Positions 1-13,460 of a DNA stretch of 64,000 bases are shown in pieces. The translations under genes and the position numbers were made by a program. A model generated the notes under the pieces. It worked only from the letters and a program-made list of their open reading frames with translations, searched no databases and was not told the DNA's origin. The stretch comes from the human T2T-CHM13v2.0 reference genome, Homo sapiens. Location of the stretch: NCBI RefSeq assembly GCF_009914755.1, contig NC_060936.1. One strand, 5' to 3'. Position 1 is the stretch's first letter; every line of letters starts with the position of its first letter.

Positions 1-173
1 GTTCAGGGGACATTGAAGCACAGAGGACATCTATGGACAGCAGTTCAGGGAAATTCTGAGGGCAGGATCTAGAACAGAAGGACTTCATAGCTGCATGGAT
101 CTATCTGACTATAGTCAGGAAGACCCTATATCCACATAGACTTTTGGAGTGTCTAGAAACAGACCTTGGTGAG

Positions 174-237
174 TGTAGCAGGCACTATTGCTTCCTTCCA
201 TACCCCCAACCACTCACTTTTAGTCACCCAAGTCGGC
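174..237 (+). mobile_element. LTR16-family (ERVL) LTR, 5' part, split by the THE1 insertion
   Basis: Begins TGTAGCAG like LTR16; the clearly LTR16-like remainder resumes at 3001. Confidence 0.55.
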
Positions 238-918
238 TGATATGGTTTAGCTCTGTGTCCCCACCCAAATCTCATCTTAAATTGCAATCCCCACATTTTG
301 AGTGAGGGACCTGTAATCTCCATGTGTTGAGGGAGGGAGATGATTGGATCATAGGGGTGGTTCCCCCATGCTGTTCTTGTGATAGTGAGTTCTCACAAGA
401 TCTGATGGTTGTATAAGTGTTTGGAAGTTCCTCCATTCTTCTCTCTCCTTCTCCCTTATGAAGAAGATGCTTGATTCCCCTTTGCCTTCCACCATGATCG
501 TAAGTTTCCTGAGGCTTCCCAAGCCTTGTGGAACCGTGAGTCAATTAAACCTCTTTCCTTTATAAATTACCCAGTCTCAAATACTATCTTTATTGGCACT
601 GCAGAGAGTGGGGGGTGCTGCTATAAAGATAACCTGAAAATGTGGAAGTTACTTTGGAACTGGCTAACAGGCAGAGGTAGAAACAGCTTGGAGGGCTCAG
701 AAGACAGGAAGATGTGGGAAAGTTTGGAACTTCCTAGACACTTGTTGAATGGTTTTGACCAAAATGCTAATAAGGATGTGGACAATGAAGTCCAGGCTGA
801 GCTGGTCTCAGATGGAGATGAGGAACTTGTTGGGAACTGGAGCAAAGGTCATTCTTGCTATTCTTTAGCAAAGAGACTGGCAGCATTTTGCCCCTGCCTT
901 AGAGATCCATGTAACTTT

Positions 919-1447
919 TGAGACAGCCAAGTGTCTAGGCAGATAAAAAGGGGTCCCCAGAGAATCTCCGACACACCCATCTGCACAAAAGTATCTGATA
1001 TAAACACTTGTTTTGAAGGAACCTGCCCAGGGCCTTGTCTGAACTTGCCCAGCTACACACTGGGGGAAGAGGGGAGAAGCCTGGTGTCTTCAGTTCCTGT
1101 GTGGTGGCCTAGGATTCAATCTGAGAGGTGGATGGTCTGTTAGCAGGACTCTGAGTTTTTTCCTTTCTGCCCAATAAAATCCTGCTCTACCCACCCTTCA
1201 TTCAGTGTGTCTATGTGCCTAAATTTTCCAGGTTGTGTGATAAGAACTGTGTTTTTTTTTGTTTTTTTTGTTGTTGTTGTTTTTTTGAGATGGCGTCTTG
1301 CCCTGTCTCCCAGGCTGGAGTGCAGTGGTGCAACCTCAGCTCACTGCAACCTCCACCTCCTGAGTTCAAGCAATTCTTCTGCCTCCACCTCCCTAGTAGC
1401 TTGAATTACAGACGTTCAGCTGAACTAAGGAGCAAAATTCTGCAACA
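919..1447 (+). mobile_element. ERV1 solo LTR (MER61/LTR27-like) nested in the THE1 internal region
   Basis: TG...CA termini (TGAGACAGCC...GCTGAACTAAGGAGCAAAATTCTGCAACA), AATAAA at ~1173, 4-bp TSD CTTT/TTTT; THE1-int reads through once it is removed. Confidence 0.75.
1252..1414 (-). mobile_element. Alu right-arm fragment inside the ERV1 LTR
   Basis: T-rich tail followed by GAGATGG..CAGGCTGGAGTGCAGTGG..ATTACAG. Confidence 0.9.
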
Positions 1448-3000
1448 TTTTGAACTTGAAGGAGATTATCTGAAATTGGAACTTATGTTTAAAAGGGAAG
1501 CACAGCATAAAAGTTTGGAAAATTTGCCGCCTGACGATGTGATAGAAAAAAAAAATCCATTTTCTGGGGAGATATTCAAGCCAGCTGTAGAAATTTGCAT
1601 AAGTAATGAAGAGCCAAATATTAATTGCCAAGACAATGGGGAAAATGTCTCCAGGGCATGTCAGAGATCTTGGCAGCAGCCCCTCCCATCACAGGCCTGG
1701 AGGCCTAAGAAGAAAAAATGGTTTTACGGGCCAAGTCCAGGGCCCCACAGCTGTGTGCAGCCTCAGGACTTGGTGCCCTGTGTCCCAGACACTTCAGCTT
1801 CCAGCTGTGGCTAAAAGGGGCCAAGGTGCAGCTCAGGCCACTGCTGCAGAGGGTGCAAGTCCCAAGCCTTGGCAGCTTCCATGTGGTGTTGGGCCTGCAG
1901 GTTCACAAAAGTCCAGAGTTTAGGTTTGGAAACCTCAGCCAAGATTGCTGAGGATGTATAGAAACCACTGGATATACAGGCAGAGGTGTGCTGCAGGGGT
2001 GGAGCCCACATGGAGAACCTCTGCAGGAGCAGTGCAAAGGGGAAATGTGGGACCAGAACCCCCACACAGAGTCCCCACTGGGGCACTGCCTAATGGAGCT
2101 GTGAGAAGAGGGCCAATGTCCTCAAGACCCCAGAATGGTAGATCCAGTGACAGCTTACACCATGCACCCGAAAAAGCCAGAGACACTCAATGCCAGCCCC
2201 TGAAGGAGCTGTCCAAGGCTGTGGGATCCCACTCCTTGCATCACTGTGCCCTGATTGTGAGATGTGGAGTCAAAGGGAATTATTCTGGAGCTTTAAAATT
2301 TAATGACTGCCCCACTGGATTTTGGACTTGCATGGGGCCTGTAGCCCCTTTGTTTTGGCAAATTTCTCACATTTGGAACAGGAGTATTTATCCAATGTTT
2401 ATACCTCCACTGTATCTTGGAAGTAACTAACTTGCTTTTGATCTTACAGGCTCCTAGGCTGAAGGGACTTGCCTTGTCTCAGATGAGATTTTAGACTTGA
2501 ACTTTTGGGTTAACGTTGGAGTGAGTTAAGACTTTGGGGGACTGTTGGGAGGGCATGATTGATTTTGAAATGTGAAAAGACATGAGATTTGGGAGGGGCC
2601 AGGAGCAGAATGATATTGATTGGCTCTGTGCTCCCACCCAAATCTCATCTCCAATTGTAATCCCCATGTGTTAAGGGAGGGAGCTGAAATCCCCATGTGT
2701 TGAAGGAGAGAGATGATTGGATCATGGGGTCAGTTTCCCCCATGCTGTTTTTGTGATGGTGAGTGAGTTCTCATGAAATTTGGTGGTTCTATACGTGTCT
2801 GGAAGTTCCTCCTTCACTCTTCTCTCTCCTGCCACCTTGTGAAGAAGGTGTCTGCTTGCCCTTCACCTTTTGTCATGATTGTACGTTTCCTGAGGCCTCC
2901 CCATACATGTGGAACTGAGAATCAATTAAACCTCTTTCCTTTATAAATTACCCAGGCTCAGATAGTGTCTTTATAGCAGTGCAAAAGTGGGACTAATACA

Positions 3001-3431
3001 GCTGCTTAGTGCAGCTTATGACGCTCTACATGAGGGCTATTTTATTAGGAATGCTGGAGAACTCAGCCTGTGCAAAAACCAAGCCTGAATGTGTGGGTAA
3101 GACAGGAAATCGAGTGGACTGATGCTTCTGGAAGCAGCCCTCAACCAATGATGGTAGGAAGTTAGTGGATAATGCCCCTCCTTTCTCTCTCCCCACTTGG
3201 AATGACTCTGAGGCTCATGCTGTCACTGCCTTCCAGCATCCCCCAGCAGGATGGAGCCACAGCTGTTCACAGGGGTAGTTGGTATGACTATGCACCATTT
3301 ATTGACCTTCCTCCCTGTCTCACTTTCCCACCTTCCTGCTGGTGTTTCCTAATATCCCCCTCCCAAATAAACTTGGTACATTTGAATCTTTGTCTTAGGA
3401 TCTGATTTTCAGGGAATCCAGACTGTAAGAG
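3001..3431 (+). mobile_element. LTR16C-like (ERVL) LTR, 3' part
   Basis: GCAGCCCTCAACCAATGA, CTCCCAAATAAAC and GAATCTTTGTCTTAGGATCTG match LTR16 hallmarks. Confidence 0.8.
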
Positions 3432-3521
3432 TAACACTGGTAGGGCTAGGAGGGGTTGTGAACATCTGAGCATTTCTGAGGAAGTTTTAGAAAATCAAGT
3501 AGGTGAAGTTAAGAAGATTAG

Positions 3522-3681
3522 GATAGAAAGGAAAGGAAGGAGGAAAGGAGGGAGAAAGGGAAGGACAGATGGAGGGAGAAAAGGAAAAAAAGAAAAAGGA
3601 GGGAAGAAAGGAAGGAAGGAACAGTGGGAAGGAAGGAAGGAGAAAAGGAAAGAGGGAAGAAAGGAAGGAAGGAAGAAAGGC
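3522..3681. repeat. GGAA/GA-rich purine tract
   Basis: Imperfect (GGAA)n/(GAAA)n. Confidence 0.9.
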
Positions 3682-3686
3682 AGACA

Positions 3687-3983
3687 GGCGGGCATGGTGG
3701 CTCACACCTGTAATACCAGCATTTTGGGAGGCCAAGGAGGGTGGATCACCTAAGGTCAGGAGTTTGAGACCAGCCTGGCCAACATGGTGAAATCCCATCT
3801 CTACTAAAAATACAAAAAATTAGCTGGGTGTGGTGGTGCATGCCTGTAATTCCAGCTACCCAGAAGGCTGAGGCAGGAGAATCACTTGAACCAGGAGATG
3901 GAAGTTGCAGTGAGCCCAGATCTCACCACTGCACTCCAGCCTGGGCAACAGAGTGAGAATCCATCAAAAAAAAAAAAAAAAAA
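3687..3983 (+). mobile_element. Alu (AluS)
   Basis: Full dimer with poly-A. Confidence 0.95.
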
Positions 3984-4608
3984 GGAAAGAAATAAAAGCC
4001 TAGACAACTGAATAATGAGCCTGCTGTTTAGTGTGTAAAAAGCGTATAAAACACACATCACAGATACATGTTGATAAGTGAATGAATTATCAAATAAATG
4101 AATAAGTTAAAGCCCCCTCCATTTTAGCTTTGTAAGTAACATAACCCTGTTCTTCTCAGAACATTTTAATACAATTTAATACCAACAATTCAAAAGAGGT
4201 GCTAAGTAAAGTTATACCGATTCCTTAACATAAAAGCACTTCTTGGAATTTCATTTTTATCCCCTGCAAAATAGGGATAAGCATCAGTAACAATGATAAT
4301 ACCACCACCTTCCTCAAGAGGACTTCAGGGGCTAAAATGCAATGATGCTTTGCATAAGAGAAAGAACTCTTCTAACAGGCATTTTTGTTGTTGGTGGTGG
4401 TTATTATAACAGAGCTATGTCACTTTGATGGTATAAATAACATAATTGCTGTTTTCCAATTGTACTATAATAATGAAACTGTGCCTGCCTGGTACCTACC
4501 ATATAATAGAGACTCAGTTAATGATGAATGAATAAATAGGTGAAATCTACAGGTGATTCTTACTTCATTCATTTCTCATTAACTCCTTCTCAAGAAATCA
4601 CCAAACAA

Positions 4609-4957
<349 letters not shown>

Positions 4958-5109
4958 CTAATTGCCTATTCTATTAGAATTGTTGACACCCATCCACCTT
5001 TCTCTTAGATTTCTCCTTTCAAGTATGCAACGTGGCTTGACTCCAGAATTTATGAGACTAAATCCCTGCTTTCACACAAATCTATTATTATGTACTTCAC
5101 CTGCATGCC

Positions 5110-5143
5110 CTTTTCTTTTCCTTTCTTTCTTTCCCTTTCTTTC

Positions 5144-5207
<64 letters not shown>

Positions 5208-5277
5208 TTCTTTCTTTCTTTTCTTTCTCTCCTTCTTTCTTTCTCTTTCTTTCTTTCTTGTTTCTTTCTTTCTTTTT
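5110..5277. repeat. (TTTC)n microsatellite
   Basis: Direct reading. Confidence 0.97.
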
Positions 5278-6270
5278 GCTTTGATGGGTTTCTGGGAGAT
5301 GGTGATTGTCGAATAGTGGTTACTGAGGGTCATGGAGAAAAATATAAGTTTGCAGGCTTTTGGCGGAAGCTTCTGGGCACAGTAATAGGTGAGCCTCATT
5401 CTTGGGCAGTGAATGCAGGCAAGTGGATGGCGTAAATGTTTATTTTAAGGGGGCAGTCATTTATTTTTCAGGCAGAAAGTTTATACAGCTTGAGAGAATT
5501 ATTTGAAAGGAAATGAGAGCCATGGCCTATAGTACTTATGGGACTGGTCTGCCTTCCTTCTCTCTGCCCAGCTATGAAAATGAGGTTTACCCCTTCCCTG
5601 CAGCCCCCACAGCCACCACACACCTCCAGGTCTCACCATGCAGACCTCTGCACAAGGACAGTTGTTTTTGGAAAGAGCTCCACGTTGCAGCCTCAGATGG
5701 TCCCCGCTGAAGGATAAACTTAAACAAGCTTTGTGGATGTAATGAAGCTGGCCCTTGAAGCCAGGGAATTTAGCCATGTGGCTGAGAATACAGGCCTTGG
5801 CTTCTAAGGCAGAAAATCGAGCCTGGACTTGTCATTCATCCATGATGTGATCCTGGCCTCCCTTTCCCCACTTTTAAATAGATTGGTAGACTAAATGCTC
5901 CCACAAAGTCCCTTCCAGCTCTAATGTGATATTTCGGGAAAGAGGTGCGGCATATTTTAACTCACAGCTCTGCCGGCAAAAGTTCCTTGGTGCATCCTGT
6001 GCTGCTCCCTGGGCCGTGTTGTCTCTCTAATCCTTTTCTCAGCTCTTATTCCTTTATTGATTCCTTCAAAATATTCACATTGTAACAGCTGGAACAAGAA
6101 AACAAAAGAAACAACATTTTCATTTTACCTTAATTTAATTGAAAAATTCACACGTTACAGGAAACGGGTGTATACAATTCTAAGTCTCTGACTTGTAAAT
6201 TTGAATTACCTCATCTGCCTTTTTGGGAAAATATTGCCATTGGTCTAGTAATATTATATTTGAATAAAGC

Positions 6271-6568
6271 TTTTTGGTTTTTTTTTTTGCTTTTGTTGAG
6301 ATAGAGTCTTGCTCTGTCACCCAGGCTGGAGTGCAATGACATGATCTGGGCTCACTGACACCTCTGTCTCCCAGGTTCAAGCAATTCTTTTGCCCCAGCC
6401 TCCCAAGTAGTTGGGACTATGGATGCACGCTACCACACGCAGATAATTTTTGTATTTTTAATAGAGACAGAGTTTCGCCATGTTGACCAGGCTGGTCCTG
6501 AACTCCTGATCTCAAGTGATCCACCTACCTCGGCCTCCCAAAGTACTGGGATTACAGGTGTGAGGCAT
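6271..6568 (-). mobile_element. Alu
   Basis: Antisense dimer with T tail. Confidence 0.93.
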
Positions 6569-6594
6569 GGCAATGCAATGGGCTCCTGGAATAT

Positions 6595-7225
<631 letters not shown>

Positions 7226-7381
7226 ATCATTATCATCATCCTCACCACCACCACCATCATTATCATCATTATTAATCTGCCACTATTTTCACCAATTCTT
7301 CTTTAATTTCTCTCTCTTTTTCCTGGCCTTTAGAGTCAGGTAGCCCCAGACTTGAATCCCATCCATCACCTACTAGGTGTG

Positions 7382-7755
7382 TGTATTAGTCTGTTCTCAA
7401 GCTGCTAATAAAGACACACCTGAGACTGGGTAATTTATAAAGGAAAGAGGTTTAATGGACTCACAGTTCCACATGGCTGCGGAGGCCTCACAATCACGGT
7501 GGAAGATGAAGGAAGAGCAAAAGGGCATCTTACATGGCAGCGGGCAAAAAGAGAATAAGAGACAAGTGAAAGGGGAAACCCCTTATAAAACCTTCAGATC
7601 TCGTGAGATTTATTCACAACCACGAGAACAGTAAGGGGGAAACTGCCCACAGGATTCAATTACCTCCCACCAGATCCCTCCCACAACACGTGGGAATTGC
7701 AGGAACTACAATTCAAGAAGAGATTTGGGCAGGGACACACAGCCAAACCCTATCA
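7382..7755 (-). mobile_element. THE1B/C solo LTR inserted into a MIR (MIR ~7328-7381 and 7756-7915)
   Basis: TGTATTAGTC...CAGCCAAACCCTATCA; perfect 5-bp TSD GTGTG (7377-7381 / 7756-7760). Confidence 0.95.
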
Positions 7756-7957
7756 GTGTGTGACTTTCAATAAGTCACATCACCTATCTGATTTTTAGTT
7801 TCCTCATATACAGAAAGAGGATGACAATAATAATGATAGTAACGCTTCCTTCTACAATAGGATATTGTGAAGATTAAATCATAACGTGGTTCTGGTGCCT
7901 AGTGGAACCTCATAAACATTCACTTTCTTCCTCTTACTTCACATATTTCTATTTGGG

Positions 7958-8270
7958 CTTTTTTTTTTTTTTTTTTAAGAGAGGGTCTCACTCTGTCGCC
8001 CAGACTGGAGTGCAGCGGCGCGATCTCCGCTAACTGTAACCTCTGCCTCAAGCGAACCTCAAGCGATCCTGCCTCAGTCTCCCAAGCAGCTGGGGTTACA
8101 GGCACACGCCACTACTGCCCGGGGCTAATTTTTTTTTTTTTTGTATTTTTAGTAGAAATGGGGTTTCACCATGTTGGCCAGGCTGGTCTCAAACTCCTGA
8201 CCTCAAATGGTTCACCTGCCTCGGCTTCCCAAAGTGCTGGGATAACAGGCATGAGCCACCACGCCCGGCC
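7958..8270 (-). mobile_element. Alu (AluS)
   Basis: Antisense dimer; flanking AC(A/G)TATTTCTAT repeat. Confidence 0.93.
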
Positions 8271-8294
8271 ACGTATTTCTATGTACTTTTTTTT

Positions 8295-8395
8295 TAATAG
8301 AACTGGTTTCCTTCCTATGCATTTTACGTCATGAAAAACATTATCCTGAAATGGGGTTGGAGCTTTCCCAACTGCTAAAGGGGTCCATAGCAACC
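8295..8395 (+). mobile_element. hAT-Charlie MITE fragment (Charlie4z-like)
   Basis: AAAAACATTATCCTGA..CTGCTAAAGGGGTCCATAGCA; related copy at ~53725-53870. Confidence 0.5.
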
Positions 8396-8726
8396 ACTGT
8401 AAACGTCTTGGGTTTGATCAGCTCAGTACTTTCTGATGGTGTTCATAAGCTTCTTCACCTGTTTGATATTTCTCCAGCCATCAAAATCCTTCATTAAAAT
8501 TGGCAGAAAGAAAATGTGTTGCTTTTTCTGAATGCTTAGTGTTAATAATATTTATGCAATAAAACCAAACAAACACAAAGAACAGGTAATTTAATAGCCA
8601 TAAGATAGAAAAAAGAGATTGTGTTGAAATTTTCTGATATAATATTGTGTCACTTCTTTTCTATCAACACTTTTGGTGAAAACAAGAGTTATAAGGTTTT
8701 TTTTTTTTTTTTTAAAGCGTAAAATA

Positions 8727-8895
8727 GGGGTGGGGTGGCTCATACCTATTGTCCCAGGTACTCAGGAGACTGAGACAAGAGGATCGCTTGAGCCCAGGAT
8801 TTTGAAGTTTCAATGAGCCACGATCATGCTACTGCACTCCAGGCTGGGTGACAAAGTGAGACTATATCTCGAAGAAATAAATAAATATAAAAATA
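8727..8895 (+). mobile_element. Alu monomer (FRAM-like)
   Basis: Single right-arm-like unit with A-rich tail. Confidence 0.85.
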
Positions 8896-8972
8896 GGAAA
8901 GAGAAATGTTCTCATTACATAGAGAATATAGTACAAGGATTAACTAATCTTAGAATGATAGATTGTCATTAG

Positions 8973-9318
<346 letters not shown>

Positions 9319-10060
9319 AAACATGTATTCTTAACATGTTATTTTTCTGACAGCCTCTATCTCTGCCTGCTTCTCCCAGATGTGATATTTTTAAAAAATT
9401 ATAATCTTTTTGGCCTTGTTCACACAAAATCTAAAACATACACCTCATTGACCCATTGCTTAATTTCCCCTCACCTTATTTTTTTAAATTGTTGTAAGAC
9501 ACATTTAATATAAAATTTATCATCTCAACCATTTTAGGTGTATATACAGTTTAGTAGCATTAAATACATTCACACTGCTGTGTCAACACCATCACTGTCC
9601 ATCCTCAGAACTTCTTTCATCTTATAAAACTCAAACTTTCACCCATGAAACAATAAGCTTTCATCCACTCTCCAACCCATCTCCTAGCAACCAGCACTCT
9701 ACCTTCTATCTCTACGAGTTTGATGACTCTAGGTCCCACCTATAAGTGGAATCACACAGTATTTGTCTCTTTATGTCTGGCTTATTTCACTCAGCGTAGT
9801 GTCCTCAAAGTTCATCCATGTGGTAGCACGTGTCAGAATTTCCTTGTTTTCTAAGGCCAAATACTATTTCATTACATGGATACATTGCATTTTGTTTATC
9901 CACTCATCTGTTAATGGACACTTGGCTTGCTTGCACCTATTGGCTACTGTGATACGTGCTGCTATAAACATGGGTGTGCAAATATATCTTCGAGTCCCTG
10001 CTTTCAATTTTTTTGGGTAGACACCCAGCAGTGGAATTGCTGGATCATACGGTCAGTCTA

Positions 10061-10504
10061 TGGATGGTTAATACTGAGTGTCAACTTAATTGGATTAAAC
10101 GGTGCAAAGTGTTGATCCTGGGTGTGTCTGTGAGGGTTTTGCCAAAGGAGATTAATGTTTGAGTCAGTGGACTGGGAGAGGTAGACCCAACCTCAGTCTA
10201 GGTGGGCACCATCTAATCAGCTGCCAGTGCGGCCAGAATAAAAGCAGCCAGAAGAACATGGAGAGATTAGACTAGCTCAGCCTCCGAGCCTACATCTTTC
10301 TCCCATGCTGGATGCTTCCTGCCCTTGAACATCGGACTCCAAGTTCTTCAGCTTTGGGATTCGGACTGGCTTCCTTGCTCCTCAGCTTGTGGAAGGTCTA
10401 TTGTGACCCTGTGATCGTGTGAGTTAATACTCCTTAATAAACTCCCCTCTATATATACATCTATCCTATTAGTTCTGTCCCTCTAGAGAACCCTGACTAA
10501 TACA
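10061..10504 (+). mobile_element. MLT2A1/MLT2A2 (HERV-L) solo LTR
   Basis: GATGGTTAATACTGAGTGTCAAC...CTAGAGAACCCTGACTAATACA; perfect TSD GTCTA (10056-10060 / 10505-10509). Confidence 0.93.
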
Positions 10505-10614
10505 GTCTATGTCTAGCTTTTTGAGGAACTGCCCTACTGTTTTAGCAGCTGCACCATTTTACATTCTCACCAGAGTGCACAAGGGTTCCAATTTCTCCAC
10601 ATTTTTGCCAACAT

Positions 10615-10913
10615 TTATATTTTCTTTTGAGACAGATTCTCACTTTGTCACCCAGGCTGGAGTGAAGTGCTGCAATCATAGCTCACGCAGCAGCCTCAAC
10701 CTCTCAGGCTCAGGCAATCCTCCTGCCTCAGCCTCCTGAGTGGCTGGGACTACAGGCACCTGCTACCATACCCAACTAATTTTTTGTGTTATTTGTAGAG
10801 ATGGGATCTCCCTGGGTTGCCCAGACTGGTCTTGAACTCCTGGCCTCAAACAATCCTCCAGACTCGGCCTCCCAAAGTGCTGGGATCGCAGACATAAGCT
10901 GCAGCACCCAGCC
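10615..10913 (-). mobile_element. AluJ
   Basis: Antisense dimer with J-type diagnostics. Confidence 0.9.
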
Positions 10914-11183
10914 AACACTTGTGTTTTCTGTTTTGTTTTGTTTTTAATAGTAGCCATCCTAATTGATGTAAAGTGGTATATCTTTGTGGTTTTGATTTAC
11001 ATTTGCCAGATGATTATTGATGTTGAGCAGGTGTTCATGTGCCATGACTTTCTTTTTTTCCAGTGGATAGTGGCCTCCTTTATTGGATTCAGTATGAGAA
11101 CAAGGAGACCTGGGTTCAGCTCTATTACTTACCAGGTAGCACATCACTGGGCAGATAACTGCCCCTTCTTTAATCCTGACACC

Positions 11184-11487
11184 TTTTTTGTTTGTTTGTT
11201 TGTTTGAGATGGAGACTCACTGTTGCCCCAGGCTGGAGTACAGTTGTGCGATCTCAATTCATTGCAACCTTCTTCACCTCCAGGGTTCAAGCAATTCTGC
11301 TTCAGCCTCCCGAGTAGCTGGGATTACAGGTGCCTGCCACCACCGCCGACTAATTTTTTGTATTTTTAGTAGAGATGGGGTTTCACCATGCTAACCAGGC
11401 TGGTCTTGAACTCCTGACCTCCAGTGATCTGCCCACCTCGGCCTCCCAAACTGCTGGGATTATGGGCATGAGCCACTGTGTCCTGCC
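11184..11487 (-). mobile_element. Alu (AluS)
   Basis: TSD TAATCCTGACA (11171-11181 / 11488-11498). Confidence 0.95.
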
Positions 11488-11823
11488 TAATCCTGACATA
11501 TTTTTAAGGGGACAAATCTAGTTTTACTTTTCTGTCTATTTTATATTTGCTTTTATTATTTTAATTACACAGGAAATTCAACTTTGCTGCAGGAGAAATA
11601 GAAAATACAAATAAGCAGTTAGGGGAAAAAAAGGACTCTCATAATCCAACACCCAGAGATAAAACATTATTAACATTTATAAGAATATTAAATATGCTAT
11701 CTTCTAACCAACCTTTTTACTGAAAATATTACAGCTGTCTTCCTAAGTCAATCATACAGGTAAACAAATTGTTTTTCTGTCAGTATAATATTCTTTACAA
11801 ACATGCTATAAGGCTTCAACTCA

Positions 11824-12131
<308 letters not shown>

Positions 12132-12151
12132 TCATCCCCATCTCCTGGACA

Positions 12152-12455
12152 TTTCTTTTTGTTTTGTTTTGAGACAGATCAGATTCTAGCTCTGTTGCCT
12201 AGGCTGGAGTGAAGTGGCACGATATTGACTCACTGCAACCTCTGCCTCCTGGGTTCAAGTGATTCTCCTGTTTCAGCCTCCCGAGTAGCTGGGACTACAG
12301 GTGTGTGCCACCTCGCCCAGCTAATTTTTGTATTTTTAGTAGAGACATGGTTTCACCATGTTGGCCAGGCTGGTCTCAAGCTTCTGAGCTCAAGTGATCC
12401 ACCCGCCACGGCCTCCCAAAGTGCTGGGATTACAGACATGAGCCACTGTGCCCAG
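12152..12455 (-). mobile_element. Alu (AluS)
   Basis: Antisense dimer. Confidence 0.95.
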
Positions 12456-13254
12456 TCTATTTAGGTTATTTCCATTCTGCACATTTTAAGTCACTTATGA
12501 ATAGGGTGACTCCTTTACGCAGTGGTTTCTTTATGCTGTGTCTGAGTGATTCCTGAAGCTTGAACTGAGTGGCAGGGACACAGTGTGGATATTTACATTG
12601 AGCAAATGAAGACTTTGGACTCTGGCCCCGCACAGAGCTCCTCACTGTCAGCCTGGAAGTTTGTTTTTTTTTTTTTTCCCACACTCTGAGCTCATTCCCA
12701 TTGTGAAAATGAGAAGTCATCAAGAGGTCACAAGATGACATGAGATGATAATACCTGTAGGGGAATGTTGACTTCTAAAGAAAAGAGAAGGGATCATTAT
12801 TTACCGATAACCTACCATTTCATGGCATTTCCCAGCACAGTGTATGTAGCACAACTCCAGTTCAATGCCCCCTGATATTTAATATAATAAAGAGTCTCAT
12901 GGCCCCCAGAGGTTACATCACACAGGAAGAAGACAAACATGAGCATAAACAGGAAGATTTTATACTTCTCACTGAATCTCTCTCACCGTTTCCCTCTTGT
13001 CTGCCAGGTACCAGGTGCCAGAAAATCTCCCACCTCCCTTGTCCCAGTAAAAGGATAAAGCATTCAGTGGCCCCTGGTAGCTCTTTTTCAGGTTCTCACA
13101 GATCTCAAACACCCTATCCCTTCCCTTCCACCAGAGGACTTGACGCCCCACCCAAAGCACACTCCGACCCACTTCCCACACGGCAGCCAGAATGGGAAAT
13201 CAGCCTCAACCCACATAGGAATCATGATGAGTGCGGCTGACACTCACCACGTGC

Positions 13255-13460
13255 TTCATGTACACCAGGCACTGGATGTGCATGTACACAGGCCCTGCAC
13301 ATAACATCCTGTTTGAAGGGCACAAAAATCCCAAGAGGATGGTATTGCTACTCCCGCTTTACAAAAAGAAAAAGGAACAGAGGCTCAGAGAGTCCCAACA
13401 CACCATGGCTCATCAGCAGGGAGCGAGTTTTTAACCCCAAGTCTGTGAGATCCTGGTGCT
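13255..13460 (-). mobile_element. MIR
   Basis: CCCGCTTTACAAA..GGAACAGAGGCTCAGAGAG is a degraded antisense core. Confidence 0.6.

Larger units (their letters stand above)
238..3000 (+). mobile_element. Full-length THE1D/MSTA-like MaLR provirus (5' LTR 238-~593, internal ~594-918 and 1448-2610, 3' LTR 2611-3000)
   Basis: LTRs start TGATAT..CTCTGTG..CCCACCCAAATCTCATC; 3' LTR ends GACTAATACA at 3000; typical THE1/MST internal sequence; polypurine tract GGGAGGGGCCAGGAGCAGAA before the 3' LTR. Confidence 0.92.
9478..11045 (-). mobile_element. L1MB-type 3' end, interrupted by MLT2A1 and AluJ
   Basis: AAGTGGAATCACACAGTATTTGTC, CTTATTTCACTCAGC, GGAATTGCTGGATCATA and ATAGTAGCCATCCTAA are antisense L1M 3' motifs. 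Confidence 0.85.

Noticed and set aside
526-2430. ORFs of 131, 199 and 161 aa
   Set aside because: They are broken remnants of the MaLR internal ORF, one fused to ERV1 LTR and Alu sequence, and are interrupted by insertions and stops.
233-3005. TSD for the THE1 provirus
   Set aside because: Flanks TCGGC and GCTGC match at only 3 of 5 positions, so they were not used as evidence.
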